DNA of 64,000 nt from positions 33,730 through 97,729 of IMG/VR virus record IMGVR_UViG_3300009182_000002; one strand, given 5' to 3'. Position numbers and translations under genes: made by a program. Shown in pieces: positions 1 to 7,850 of the stretch. Origin of the DNA: a virus. Below the pieces are notes generated by a model. The model did no database searches. It saw nothing but the letters and a program-made list of their open reading frames with translations, and was not told where the DNA came from. Every line of letters starts with the position of its first letter. The first letter of the stretch is position 1.

Positions 1-15
1 TACTGCGTCATCAAC

Positions 16-81
16 TAGGCGAAACAGGGCCATCGCGGCCCTGTCCACGGGGTTGGCATCCCCGTGCTGACGAGCCTGCCA
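16..81 (+). ncRNA. Hammerhead ribozyme, type II topology
   Basis: AGGC(17-20)-GAAA-stem III CAGGGCC/GGCCCTG-TC (GUC triplet 43-45)-stem I CACGGGG/CCCCGTG-CTGACGA(67-73)-GCCT. Loop I TGGCA is complementary to the 3' tail TGCCA (pseudoknot). Confidence 0.93.
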
Positions 82-102
82 CCAACCTAGGAGAGTGAAG
101 CC

Positions 103-1551
103 TTGACAACTGGACTGCCCACATTCGCCGCGCTGATTCGCAGCGCGCCGGGTCCTGACAACCGCTGGTGCGAGGTCCTCATCGTGAGGTCCTTCGACAC
201 CTTCTCACCGCTGCACGTTCCCGGCGTTGGACCAGCGCCGCTGTTCTACATCCGGAACACCGGGGGCGGTCGGGGACCGTCCAACGCATGGGTCGCCGTC
301 ACCGACGTTCCTGCTCAGGAGCGCGCTGCATGGTGCGGCAATGACCCTCTCGTCGTGCCGCTCACCACGCACGACGTGACCGCAGTTGCTAGCGCTCGCA
401 ACTTGCCGCCCAAGTCGCTGCTCACGCGGCTCCAGTCGCGCATCGACCGCGTGCCGCTCAATCAAGCCGTTGGGCTAACCATTGGCAACGTCGTTGACGC
501 TCTGGTGCAGGCCACCGACGTGTTCGCCACGGTCGTGCCTGCTGCTCCCAAGGTCGCCCCGGCTCAGGTCGTGGTGGCCGCGCCGGTCATTCCTCAGGTG
601 TCGGCCATCCCGGCTCCCGTGCTGACAGTGCCGGTTGCCAGCACGGCACCGGTTGCCAGCGCTGGTCCCGTGGTCGTGCTTGACGACGACCAGCCCGACT
701 CCGACGACGGCTCCGTCACGGTCGTCGTGCAGGACGGCGCGTGCCGCAAGGCCATCGTCCTGCCGCCGTCGTTCGCTGACTCGTACATCCACCGTGCGGT
801 GTTCGGAGTCGATGACTTCACGGTGCTGGATGAGGCACGGGCCAAGGGCGACAGCGTCGGGCTGTACGGCCCCACGGGCTCTGCCAAGACCACCGTTGCC
901 AAGGCTTACGCGGCAGCGCGCGGTCTCCCGTATGTGCAGGTCTCAGGCACCGCGACGATGGAAGAGTCGCGGATGTTCGGTCGCTGGATCGACCTTGGCC
1001 AGTGGCAGGACGGCGTCGTCAGCGAGGTGGTCCGCTACGGCGGTCTACTCATCCTTGACGAGATCAACATGCTCCCGCCGAACATCAGCGCGAGCCTGTT
1101 CCCGCTGCTTCGCGAGCGGGTCCTCACCCTGCACGACAAGGACGGCGAGACCATCACCGCCCACCCGTCGCTGATCGTCATCGCGACGTGGAACCCGAAC
1201 TACTCCGGTACGCGCGAACTGAACGCCGCGCTCGCCAACCGGTTCGGGGTGCAGGTTGAGTGGGGCTACGACGACCGTGTTGAGAAGGCGCTTGGCATCT
1301 GCAACAGCCTTCGCGCTGCTGCTGGTCGCCTTCGTGCCAGCGAGGTCAAGGGCGAGGTCAGCGCCCCCTGCCCGACCAACGCGCTGGTTGACTTCCAGCA
1401 CTACGCCGGTCGGCTGGGGCTGGACTTCGCGGTTGGCAACTTCGTCGCCCGGTACCACGACGATGTTGAGCGCAAGGCCGTGCAGGCCGTGTTCGACACC
1501 TTCCGTTCCAGCATCGAAAACGAGTTGGGGCTGGCTCAGGCAACCGTCTGA
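103..1551 (+). CDS. MoxR/CbbQ/CobS-like AAA+ ATPase
   Basis: Walker A GPTGSAKT, Walker B LILDEIN, ATWNP sensor, ALANRF Arg finger; SD AGGAGAG before TTG. Confidence 0.9.
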   Translation: MTTGLPTFAALIRSAPGPDNRWCEVLIVRSFDTFSPLHVPGVGPAPLFYIRNTGGGRGPSNAWVAVTDVPAQERAAWCGNDPLVVPLTTHDVTAVASARNLPPKSLLTRLQSRIDRVPLNQAVGLTIGNVVDALVQATDVFATVVPAAPKVAPAQVVVAAPVIPQVSAIPAPVLTVPVASTAPVASAGPVVVLDDDQPDSDDGSVTVVVQDGACRKAIVLPPSFADSYIHRAVFGVDDFTVLDEARAKGDSVGLYGPTGSAKTTVAKAYAAARGLPYVQVSGTATMEESRMFGRWIDLGQWQDGVVSEVVRYGGLLILDEINMLPPNISASLFPLLRERVLTLHDKDGETITAHPSLIVIATWNPNYSGTRELNAALANRFGVQVEWGYDDRVEKALGICNSLRAAAGRLRASEVKGEVSAPCPTNALVDFQHYAGRLGLDFAVGNFVARYHDDVERKAVQAVFDTFRSSIENELGLAQATV

Positions 1552-1615
1552 GCCAGCACCAGCACCACCTAGCAAGCCCTACCAACCACTACCAACCTCT
1601 AGGAGAGCGATCACC

Positions 1616-2542
1616 TTGGCAATCACTTCACCCCTCACCGCCGACCGCTTGCTTGGCCCCGGCGCTGAACGTGGCGAGCGGCTCGCACGCCTCGCCGCCA
1701 TCTTCACCAAGTCCAACAGCATCCTGTCCGGTCAGTCGGTCAAGGTGCGTATTGAGACCAACGACTGGGCTTGCCCACCGGCCCCGGCATGGTCCGATGG
1801 CCAGAACATCTGGTTCAAGGGCAGCGACATTCGTGACGCTGACTTCGACTCCATCGTCAACCTGTACGGTCTCAACTACCACGAACTGGGCCACATCCTG
1901 TGGACACCCCGTCAGTCGCACCCGCTGGCGACTTGGGCTTGGCGCAACCGTCACTGGTCCACGATGAACCTCTTGGAAGACCAGCGCATCGAAACGGCGA
2001 TGACCCGCCGCTGGCCTTCGACGGCACCGTGGCTCACCGCGTGCGTCCTGCGCTGGGTGCTGGCCGACCCCAAGACCCTCAGCACGTCCTACCTGCTGCT
2101 GCGTGGTCGTCGCTTCCTCCCGGCTGACGTGCGCGGACTGTCACGTCAGGCCTTCGAGCGTCAGGACCTGCTCCCTGAGGTTGACCGCATCGTTGACGCC
2201 TACCGGGAACTGCGCTTCCCAGAGAAGCCCAACCTGCGCCGCGTATCGGAGCGCAACCTGTACGACCGTGCTCAGGCGCTGATCACCGACTACAGCGCGC
2301 TGATTGCCAGCCTTAACAACCAGCCCACGTCGTCGCCTAACCACGGCAACGACGAGACATCACCGGTAACCAACGGCTACCCAGCGCCTCACGATCCCAA
2401 TGAGGCCAACACCGACGACCAGTACGACGACGAGCCCCAGCCCGGTCAGGGTAGCGACGGGGACCAGAACGACCAGCACGACGACACCAACGACAGCGGC
2501 GCGGGCACCCCGTGCTGCTCCTGCGACGGAGGCAGCCACTGA
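1616..2542 (+). CDS. HExxH metallopeptidase-like protein (N-terminal half of a CobT-like MoxR partner)
   Basis: HELGH plus NLLEDQRIE motif; acidic tail; TTG start after AGGAGAG (1601-1607). Confidence 0.8.
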   Translation: MAITSPLTADRLLGPGAERGERLARLAAIFTKSNSILSGQSVKVRIETNDWACPPAPAWSDGQNIWFKGSDIRDADFDSIVNLYGLNYHELGHILWTPRQSHPLATWAWRNRHWSTMNLLEDQRIETAMTRRWPSTAPWLTACVLRWVLADPKTLSTSYLLLRGRRFLPADVRGLSRQAFERQDLLPEVDRIVDAYRELRFPEKPNLRRVSERNLYDRAQALITDYSALIASLNNQPTSSPNHGNDETSPVTNGYPAPHDPNEANTDDQYDDEPQPGQGSDGDQNDQHDDTNDSGAGTPCCSCDGGSH

Positions 2543-3735
2543 TGAACGACGACACCATGCCCAACACAAGCGCCTGCTCCTGCGGTTGCCACGGTCCTGC
2601 CGCTGGCAACGAGCCTGCCAACGACCAGCCGGGTGGCTCTGGCAACGAGCCGGGTCAGCCCCAGCCCGGCAACGAGCCGGGTCGGCCCGGCAACGGCGAC
2701 CAGCCCGGCGACCAGCCCGGCGAGGGCGAGGGTCAGGGCGAGGGCGACCAGCCCGGTGAGTCCGACGGCGGCGGCGCGAACGGCGGCGCTGGCTCCGACG
2801 GCGAGACCGGGCTGGACGGCGGCGAGGCCAACGGTGCTGGCACCGGGGTTACCAACGCCCCCGACATTGCCAAGGCCTTGCAAGACGCTGCTAGCAAGGC
2901 TCTCGACAACATCACCAACGACGTCGATATCGCTGGCGAGGCCAGCAGCGCTGTCAACGCTGTTGTCAAGGGCGGCGGTCACGTCCAGATCCTGCGCGAC
3001 TCCCGCTTCGACACCTTCGCCCCCAGCGACGAGGCTCGCCTCGCTGAGCGCCGCGCGGTGCGGGAGTTCAACACCCTCCGCGCAGACGCTGAGGAGGGCT
3101 GGGACCGCGCCCGTCCGCAGGGTCGGCTGAACGTCGGTCGCTACATCTCTAGCAACGGGGACCTTGACGTGGCCTTCGACCAGTGGCGTGACCGCAAGGG
3201 TGACGCCTCCGACCTTGAGGTTGTGCTACTGCTGGACGACTCAATGTCCATGGCTTCCTACCGCGTGGTCAGCGCGGAGGCCATGTGGGTACTCAAGCGT
3301 GGCCTTGACGCCATCGGTGCCAACACCACGGTGGTCATGTTCCACTCCGAGTCCCGCGTCCTGTACAAGCCGACCGACAAGGCTGAGGCGGGTCGCCTCC
3401 GCTGCTCAACTGAGAGCGGCGGCACTGACCCCAGCGAGGGCATCGCTCAGGCGGCGCGCATCTTCGCCGGGAGCCGCAAGGGTCAGAAGGTGCTGATCAC
3501 CATCACCGATGGCGACTACTGGGGTGAGTCTGTCCCTGCCAACTGCGACTACAACATTGACGACATTGTCAAGGCCATGACCAACAGCGGCGTCGTCACT
3601 GCTCAGGTCCTGTTCAACCACGCGAGCGAGCAGACTCACGGGCACGCGATCAGCACTCAGGTCTCGCAGGTTGAGGAGATCGCGTCCTTTGCCAAGGAAC
3701 TTGTCAAGGCTGCTATCAAGTCTCGCCAGCGCTAG
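2542..3735 (+). CDS. von Willebrand factor A (vWA) domain protein
   Basis: MIDAS DDSMS, GGT, ITITDG; Gly/Asp/Gln-rich N-terminal linker; TGATG overlap with the upstream gene and GGAGG at 2528-2532. Confidence 0.85.
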   Translation: MNDDTMPNTSACSCGCHGPAAGNEPANDQPGGSGNEPGQPQPGNEPGRPGNGDQPGDQPGEGEGQGEGDQPGESDGGGANGGAGSDGETGLDGGEANGAGTGVTNAPDIAKALQDAASKALDNITNDVDIAGEASSAVNAVVKGGGHVQILRDSRFDTFAPSDEARLAERRAVREFNTLRADAEEGWDRARPQGRLNVGRYISSNGDLDVAFDQWRDRKGDASDLEVVLLLDDSMSMASYRVVSAEAMWVLKRGLDAIGANTTVVMFHSESRVLYKPTDKAEAGRLRCSTESGGTDPSEGIAQAARIFAGSRKGQKVLITITDGDYWGESVPANCDYNIDDIVKAMTNSGVVTAQVLFNHASEQTHGHAISTQVSQVEEIASFAKELVKAAIKSRQR

Positions 3736-3744
3736 CAACGGGCT

Positions 3745-3777
3745 AACCCAGCAGGCCCCAAAGGGGCCTGCTGGGTT
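3745..3777 (+). terminator. Strong hairpin after the vWA gene (probable terminator)
   Basis: 15-bp perfect stem AACCCAGCAGGCCCC-AAA-GGGGCCTGCTGGGTT; only a weak U-tract follows. Confidence 0.65.
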
Positions 3778-3805
3778 GCTTCCCAACACAAGCAATTACC
3801 AACCC

Positions 3806-3849
3806 CAGCGCGACTAGCAGCCACCCCGGTGCAAGGCCGGGGCGCGCAC
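3806..3849 (+). repeat. 44-nt structured repeat, copy 1 (T-loop hairpin, tRNA-like)
   Basis: Identical to 4866-4909; GCGCG/CGCGC stem enclosing CCCCGG-TGCAAGG-CCGGGG. Confidence 0.85.
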
Positions 3850-3887
3850 TGGTGCGACGAGCGCACCTAGCAACGAGAGGAATGCCA

Positions 3888-4079
3888 ATGCCCGAGATCA
3901 ACGCCACCTACACCGTCGATGTTGACGGCACCCTTCACATCACACACCGCGAGTGCGGCGTCGTTCAAGAAGTCAAGCCGGTGCGCGAGTTCGCTGACGG
4001 CACCTGCTCGTTCGGTTCCGATGCCGACGTGTGCCTCGCCTGCGAGAACGAGGGTCGCCCGGCGACCCTCAACTACTAG
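3888..4079 (+). CDS. Small Cys/His-containing hypothetical protein
   Basis: SD GAGAGG; HRECG...CLAC. Confidence 0.7.
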   Translation: MPEINATYTVDVDGTLHITHRECGVVQEVKPVREFADGTCSFGSDADVCLACENEGRPATLNY

Positions 4080-4090
4080 GGGGCTGGCTC

Positions 4091-4228
4091 ATGCTGCACA
4101 GCGCACGATCCCGAGCCCACCACGGCCATCGCGGTTGCTACTGCTGCGACTGGCCCGTAAGCAACCGCACACTTCGCCAGCGCGAGAGGCGCGCTTGGCA
4201 ACGACAGATTGAGAGGGAGTACGCATGA
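4091..4228 (+). CDS. Small basic hypothetical protein (CYCC motif)
   Basis: Fills the gap between neighbours; ATGA overlap with the next gene. Confidence 0.6.
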   Translation: MLHSARSRAHHGHRGCYCCDWPVSNRTLRQRERRAWQRQIEREYA

Positions 4229-4470
4229 CCCACATCCCGGCGCAGGACGCCAACAACGCAACCGTCATCCGGTTGCTTGAGGAGATCGCCTCGCTTCAAG
4301 CAACCATCGACTCGCTCATCCCACGCGAGGACCCCGAGGTTCGGGCCGAGCGTTACCGCACCACGGCGAGCGACCGCTTCCAGTACAGCGACGGCGCTGA
4401 CGCTGTCGGCTTCCATCTTGAGCGCATGTCCGCGCCCGACTACGACCCCTACTACGACGAGAGGTACTGA
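4225..4470 (+). CDS. Hypothetical protein
   Basis: SD GAGGGAG, ATGA overlap, GC3-rich codons. Confidence 0.7.
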   Translation: MTHIPAQDANNATVIRLLEEIASLQATIDSLIPREDPEVRAERYRTTASDRFQYSDGADAVGFHLERMSAPDYDPYYDERY

Positions 4471-4472
4471 CC

Positions 4473-4784
4473 ATGACCACGATCACCATCACCATCCCGA
4501 CCGACCTCGCAGACGCCATCGCAGATGCGCTGACCAAGTGCGTGCTGCGGGCCAGCGCTGACGCTGAACGGACTGTCGCAGGGCCAGCGTACGAGCGAGC
4601 AGAAGAGGCAACCCGGTACTTCGGGGACGCGCTCGTCGCCTTCAACTACGCCCGCGACATTGACCCTCTAGCGCGAGAGTGCGGGGCATGCGGTGCGGAG
4701 TCAGGCGAGGACTGCCGGTGGCACTGCACCGCGCGGCCCGACGATGACAACGTGCCCAACACAAGCAATCTCATCGACGCTTAG
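4473..4784 (+). CDS. Hypothetical protein with a C-terminal Zn-finger-like motif
   Basis: CGACG..EDC..HC; SD GAGAGG. Confidence 0.7.
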   Translation: MTTITITIPTDLADAIADALTKCVLRASADAERTVAGPAYERAEEATRYFGDALVAFNYARDIDPLARECGACGAESGEDCRWHCTARPDDDNVPNTSNLIDA

Positions 4785-4865
4785 GGCTTGGCTTACCCAC
4801 TGCGGTTGTCCAAGAATGTTGTCGGAGGCAGGAATACCAAGATCAACTAAGGGTGTTGCCACACT

Positions 4866-4909
4866 CAGCGCGACTAGCAGCCACCCCGGTGCAAGGCCGG
4901 GGCGCGCAC
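4866..4909 (+). repeat. 44-nt structured repeat, copy 2
   Basis: Identical to 3806-3849. Confidence 0.85.
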
Positions 4910-4954
4910 GCTCACGACGAACCGTTCGTCGTATGTAGCCAAAGGAGGGCCAAC

Positions 4955-5239
4955 ATGGCCGAGTACATCTTCATTGAGGAAGAACCGCAGGTTAGTTCAG
5001 GACCACGCCTCAACCACCAGCAGGTCACGCTCGCGCGTCGTGTGCGTGACGCAGGCGGCTGGGTTGCCGTCATTCGCTTCGACAAGAAGTCGGCGGCGAA
5101 CGTCGCGGCCTCCCGCATCCGTCGCGGCAACGCGGCGTCGTGGGCGTACGTCGGCACCTTCGACACCAAGGTCGGCCAGCGCCCCGGCGAGTCCGAGTGG
5201 ACCGTCTACGCGCTCTACACCGGAGAGGCAAGCAACTGA
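4955..5239 (+). CDS. Hypothetical protein, paralogue of 6555-6887
   Basis: SD AAGGAGG; shared GWVAV / RI..G..A.W..VGTFD / VYA pattern. Confidence 0.75.
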   Translation: MAEYIFIEEEPQVSSGPRLNHQQVTLARRVRDAGGWVAVIRFDKKSAANVAASRIRRGNAASWAYVGTFDTKVGQRPGESEWTVYALYTGEASN

Positions 5240-5760
5240 TGACTACCACCAACCAACCCACCGTTGACGAGCAGCGCGCACAGGTCTTGGCTGACAACCC
5301 CGGCCTTGACAAGGCGTTGACAACCAACCACCACATCGTTGAGGACATCTCCGCCCGCTTCGCTGCGACCGGTCGCCTTTCCGAGAAGCAGATCGCGCTC
5401 GTCTTCAAACTCGCCAAGCAAGACGCTGCCGCTAAGCAGCGTGAGGCTGAGCGCGAGGTAGCAGACATGCTGGTCCGCGAGTCTGGCATCACCATCACCC
5501 CCGGCAAGCAGGTCATCTTCGGAAGCGTCGTGTCTCTCAACCTGAAGGACAGCGGCTTCGGCCCGACGTGGAAGATGATCGTTGAGCACCCCAGCGGTCT
5601 GAAGTACTGGGGCACCGTCCCTAGCAACCTCGTCGGTGCTCTTGCCAAGGGTGATCAAGTTGAGTTCACCGCAACCGTGTCGGTCTCCGACAACGATCCA
5701 AAACCCATCTTCGGGTTCTACAAGCGCCCGACCAACGCCGCACTTATCAAGTCGGCCTGA
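5239..5760 (+). CDS. Hypothetical protein with a possible C-terminal OB-fold
   Basis: TGATG overlap; beta-rich C-terminus (GDQVEFTATV...GFYKRP). Confidence 0.7.
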   Translation: MTTTNQPTVDEQRAQVLADNPGLDKALTTNHHIVEDISARFAATGRLSEKQIALVFKLAKQDAAAKQREAEREVADMLVRESGITITPGKQVIFGSVVSLNLKDSGFGPTWKMIVEHPSGLKYWGTVPSNLVGALAKGDQVEFTATVSVSDNDPKPIFGFYKRPTNAALIKSA

Positions 5761-5776
5761 CAAGGAGGAACACAGA

Positions 5777-6130
5777 ATGATTGACAAGAAGCAGGTAGTG
5801 ATTCCAATTACCGTTGATGCCGCCGAGTTCTGGTCGGCCATCTTCGGAGCCGAGCCGTTCATCTGGCCATGGTGGGTCAAGGTGGACTACGCCGAGGGCT
5901 GCGACTGGGAGACCCCCGGCGAGGTCACCATCACCGTCGCTGACCCCGACGACGCTGAGGACAGCACGACCAAGACCCTCACGCTTGAGGATCTTGTCGC
6001 CGCGTACCTCATCGCGCTGGAGCAGTATCCGCGTTCTGTTGGCGTCGGCTGGGAGACCCCCGACTTCGACTCTGAGAGCAGCGACCTCATCCTCCAGATC
6101 GCAGTGCAGGGTGAGGTGGTGTTCGGATGA
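5777..6130 (+). CDS. Acidic phage early hypothetical protein
   Basis: SD AAGGAGG; C-terminal D..LQ.A..GEVVFG motif. Confidence 0.75.
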   Translation: MIDKKQVVIPITVDAAEFWSAIFGAEPFIWPWWVKVDYAEGCDWETPGEVTITVADPDDAEDSTTKTLTLEDLVAAYLIALEQYPRSVGVGWETPDFDSESSDLILQIAVQGEVVFG

Positions 6131-6249
6131 GCATCTGCCAATGGTTCGCCTTGTGCGACCGAGAGGCCACGCAGTCTGTCCCTCACCCCGTGCTGGGTGA
6201 TGTCCCGACGTGCGACCGCTGCGCGTCGTTCGCCAATGGGGGTGCCTGA
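6127..6249 (+). CDS. 40-aa Cys-rich microprotein (MSICQWFALCDREATQSVPHPVLGDVPTCDRC...)
   Basis: Translated by hand; ATGA overlap, SD GAGG; below the ORF-track cutoff. Confidence 0.7.
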   Translation: MSICQWFALCDREATQSVPHPVLGDVPTCDRCASFANGGA

Positions 6250-6250
6250 C

Positions 6251-6394
6251 ATGGAGCAGGTCATCAACATCGACTTCACAGACCTTGACGACGCTTACCA
6301 CAAGATCGTCAAGTTGCTAGTAGACAACGGAATGGTTGACCGGGAGGCGCGCGTTTCGGCGCGCTTCCTGCTCGCCGGAGTGGAGGACAAGTGA
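6251..6394 (+). CDS. Small hypothetical protein
   Basis: ATG right after the upstream stop; GTGA overlap downstream. Confidence 0.6.
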   Translation: MEQVINIDFTDLDDAYHKIVKLLVDNGMVDREARVSARFLLAGVEDK

Positions 6395-6552
6395 GACTCA
6401 CAACCCGAGGCTGGGTCTGCCTGTGGACGTTGGTATGCGTGCTTGCTATCGCTGTCAACGCTGCTTTCGCAGACAAGCAGGTCGAGTGCCGCGTCGAGAA
6501 CCTCTCGACATGCCACATAACAACAACCGCTAACAACATCGGAGGCAACTAA
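6391..6552 (+). CDS. 53-aa membrane protein (MRLTTRG + TM helix)
   Basis: Translated by hand; SD GGAGG; hydrophobic stretch WVCLWTLVCVLAIAVNAAFA. Confidence 0.7.
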   Translation: MRLTTRGWVCLWTLVCVLAIAVNAAFADKQVECRVENLSTCHITTTANNIGGN

Positions 6553-6554
6553 CA

Positions 6555-6887
6555 ATGACTGTCAAGCACATCTTTGAAGTCGGCGACCCGACGTCCAACA
6601 CAAGCGCATCAATCTTCGCTCTCAACCAAGAGACCATCCAAACAGCAGAGCGAGTGGCCGCAGCCGATGGCTGGGTGGCTGTGCTGGAGTACCCCGAGCC
6701 TGAGCGCAGTACGGCAGCAACCACAGCGCACCGGATCAAGCACGGCAAGAGCGCCGCGTGGAACAGCGTGGGCACCTTTGACGCCACAGTGCGGAAGACC
6801 AACTGGGGAACCGTGAAGGTCTACGCACGCTGCATCACTCGCTGGAGTGATCGTGATGACCCTTCAATCGCACCATGGGATAGGTGA
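6555..6887 (+). CDS. Hypothetical protein, paralogue of 4955-5239
   Basis: SD GGAGG; aligns by eye with the 4955-5239 product. Confidence 0.75.
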   Translation: MTVKHIFEVGDPTSNTSASIFALNQETIQTAERVAAADGWVAVLEYPEPERSTAATTAHRIKHGKSAAWNSVGTFDATVRKTNWGTVKVYARCITRWSDRDDPSIAPWDR

Positions 6888-6894
6888 TGTACCG

Positions 6895-7314
6895 ATGCAG
6901 ACATTCCTGCCGTACGCAGACTTCGTTGACAGCGCCAAGGTGCTAGACAGACAACGCCTTGGCAAGCAACGAGTTGAGGCCTACCAGATTCTTCGCACGC
7001 TTCGGGGTGAGTCCAACGGCTGGTCTCATCACCCGGCAACCCGCATGTGGAAGGAACACACTCAAGCGCTCGCCGCGTATGGGTTCGTAGTGTGCAGCGA
7101 GTGGATAGCCCGTGGTTATAAAGACAACCTGCGTCTCTACTTCGCGCAGCGTCTGGCGCAGCCCAAGGCTCTTGTCATGCCTGAGTGGTTAGGTGATGAG
7201 GCTTTCCACCTGTCACACCAGAGCAACCTCGTTCGTAAAGACCCGCAGCACTACGGCGCGTTCTTCCCTGACGTACCGTCTGACCTTCCCTATGTCTGGC
7301 CCATCTGGGCCTGA
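6895..7314 (+). CDS. Pyrimidine-dimer DNA glycosylase/endonuclease V-like (MSMEG_6728 family)
   Basis: MQTFLPY, LD..RLGKQRVEA.QI, HPA..MW, SH.SNL.RKDP..Y motifs. Confidence 0.88.
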   Translation: MQTFLPYADFVDSAKVLDRQRLGKQRVEAYQILRTLRGESNGWSHHPATRMWKEHTQALAAYGFVVCSEWIARGYKDNLRLYFAQRLAQPKALVMPEWLGDEAFHLSHQSNLVRKDPQHYGAFFPDVPSDLPYVWPIWA

Positions 7315-7409
7315 CGCGCACCACCAGCCGTGAAGTAGGGGCAACAAGGCCCTGACGCCACACCGCTCGCAGGAGAGGGCACGGCAACGATCCCTTAGGA
7401 GGGGACAGC

Positions 7410-7850
7410 ATGGAGACAACCATCTACAACGGCCCTGCCCGATTCATTGGATACCGTGGTCGCGAGTGCAAGACCGACCGCATCCGCGAGGTCGTGATCC
7501 AACTGTCTGACGGCACGCTCCACACCGAGTACTTCTGTGAGCAGTGCGACTATCGCGCGGCTAAGTCCGCGTCGGTGCGCGGTCACTTGTCGCTGCACCC
7601 ACTGCCGGGTAAGCCCCGCAGTGGCCGTCCTGTCGGGTCGCGCAAGCGCTCGCGCCACAGCGACGAGGTCAACGAGGCGATTGAGCGCGAGATCGCTCGT
7701 CGTGTTGAGCGAGAGTTGCAGCGCGGTGCAAGCAAGCGCTCGCTGGAGCGAGAGGTTGCTAGGCAGAGGTTGGCGGAGGTTCGCCGCGAGAACCGCGAAC
7801 TTCGCAAGCGCCTCAAGAACATCCGGGCAGCCATCGTTGGCAACGTTTAG
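7410..7850 (+). CDS. C2H2 Zn-finger / coiled-coil protein, possibly DNA-binding
   Basis: CEQC-x12-H-x3-H; AT-hook-like GRPVGSRK; C-terminal coiled coil; SD AGGAGG. Confidence 0.75.
   Translation: METTIYNGPARFIGYRGRECKTDRIREVVIQLSDGTLHTEYFCEQCDYRAAKSASVRGHLSLHPLPGKPRSGRPVGSRKRSRHSDEVNEAIEREIARRVERELQRGASKRSLEREVARQRLAEVRRENRELRKRLKNIRAAIVGNV

Noticed and set aside
1256-1615. N-terminal extension of the peptidase ORF given in the track
   Set aside because: Overlaps the MoxR gene; the strong SD supports the TTG at 1616
2539-2545. CTGATGA as a second hammerhead core
   Set aside because: No GAAA or supporting stems nearby; it is just the TGATG stop/start overlap
3806-3849. tRNA gene or complete twister-sister ribozyme
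   Set aside because: No anticodon arm or CCA, and no twister-sister P1/L1/P2 core; kept only as an unassigned structured repeat
7327-7385. Twister ribozyme (P1 followed by GAGGG)
   Set aside because: No P2 pairing and no GCC / UCCxAAGC pseudoknot segments in the required order
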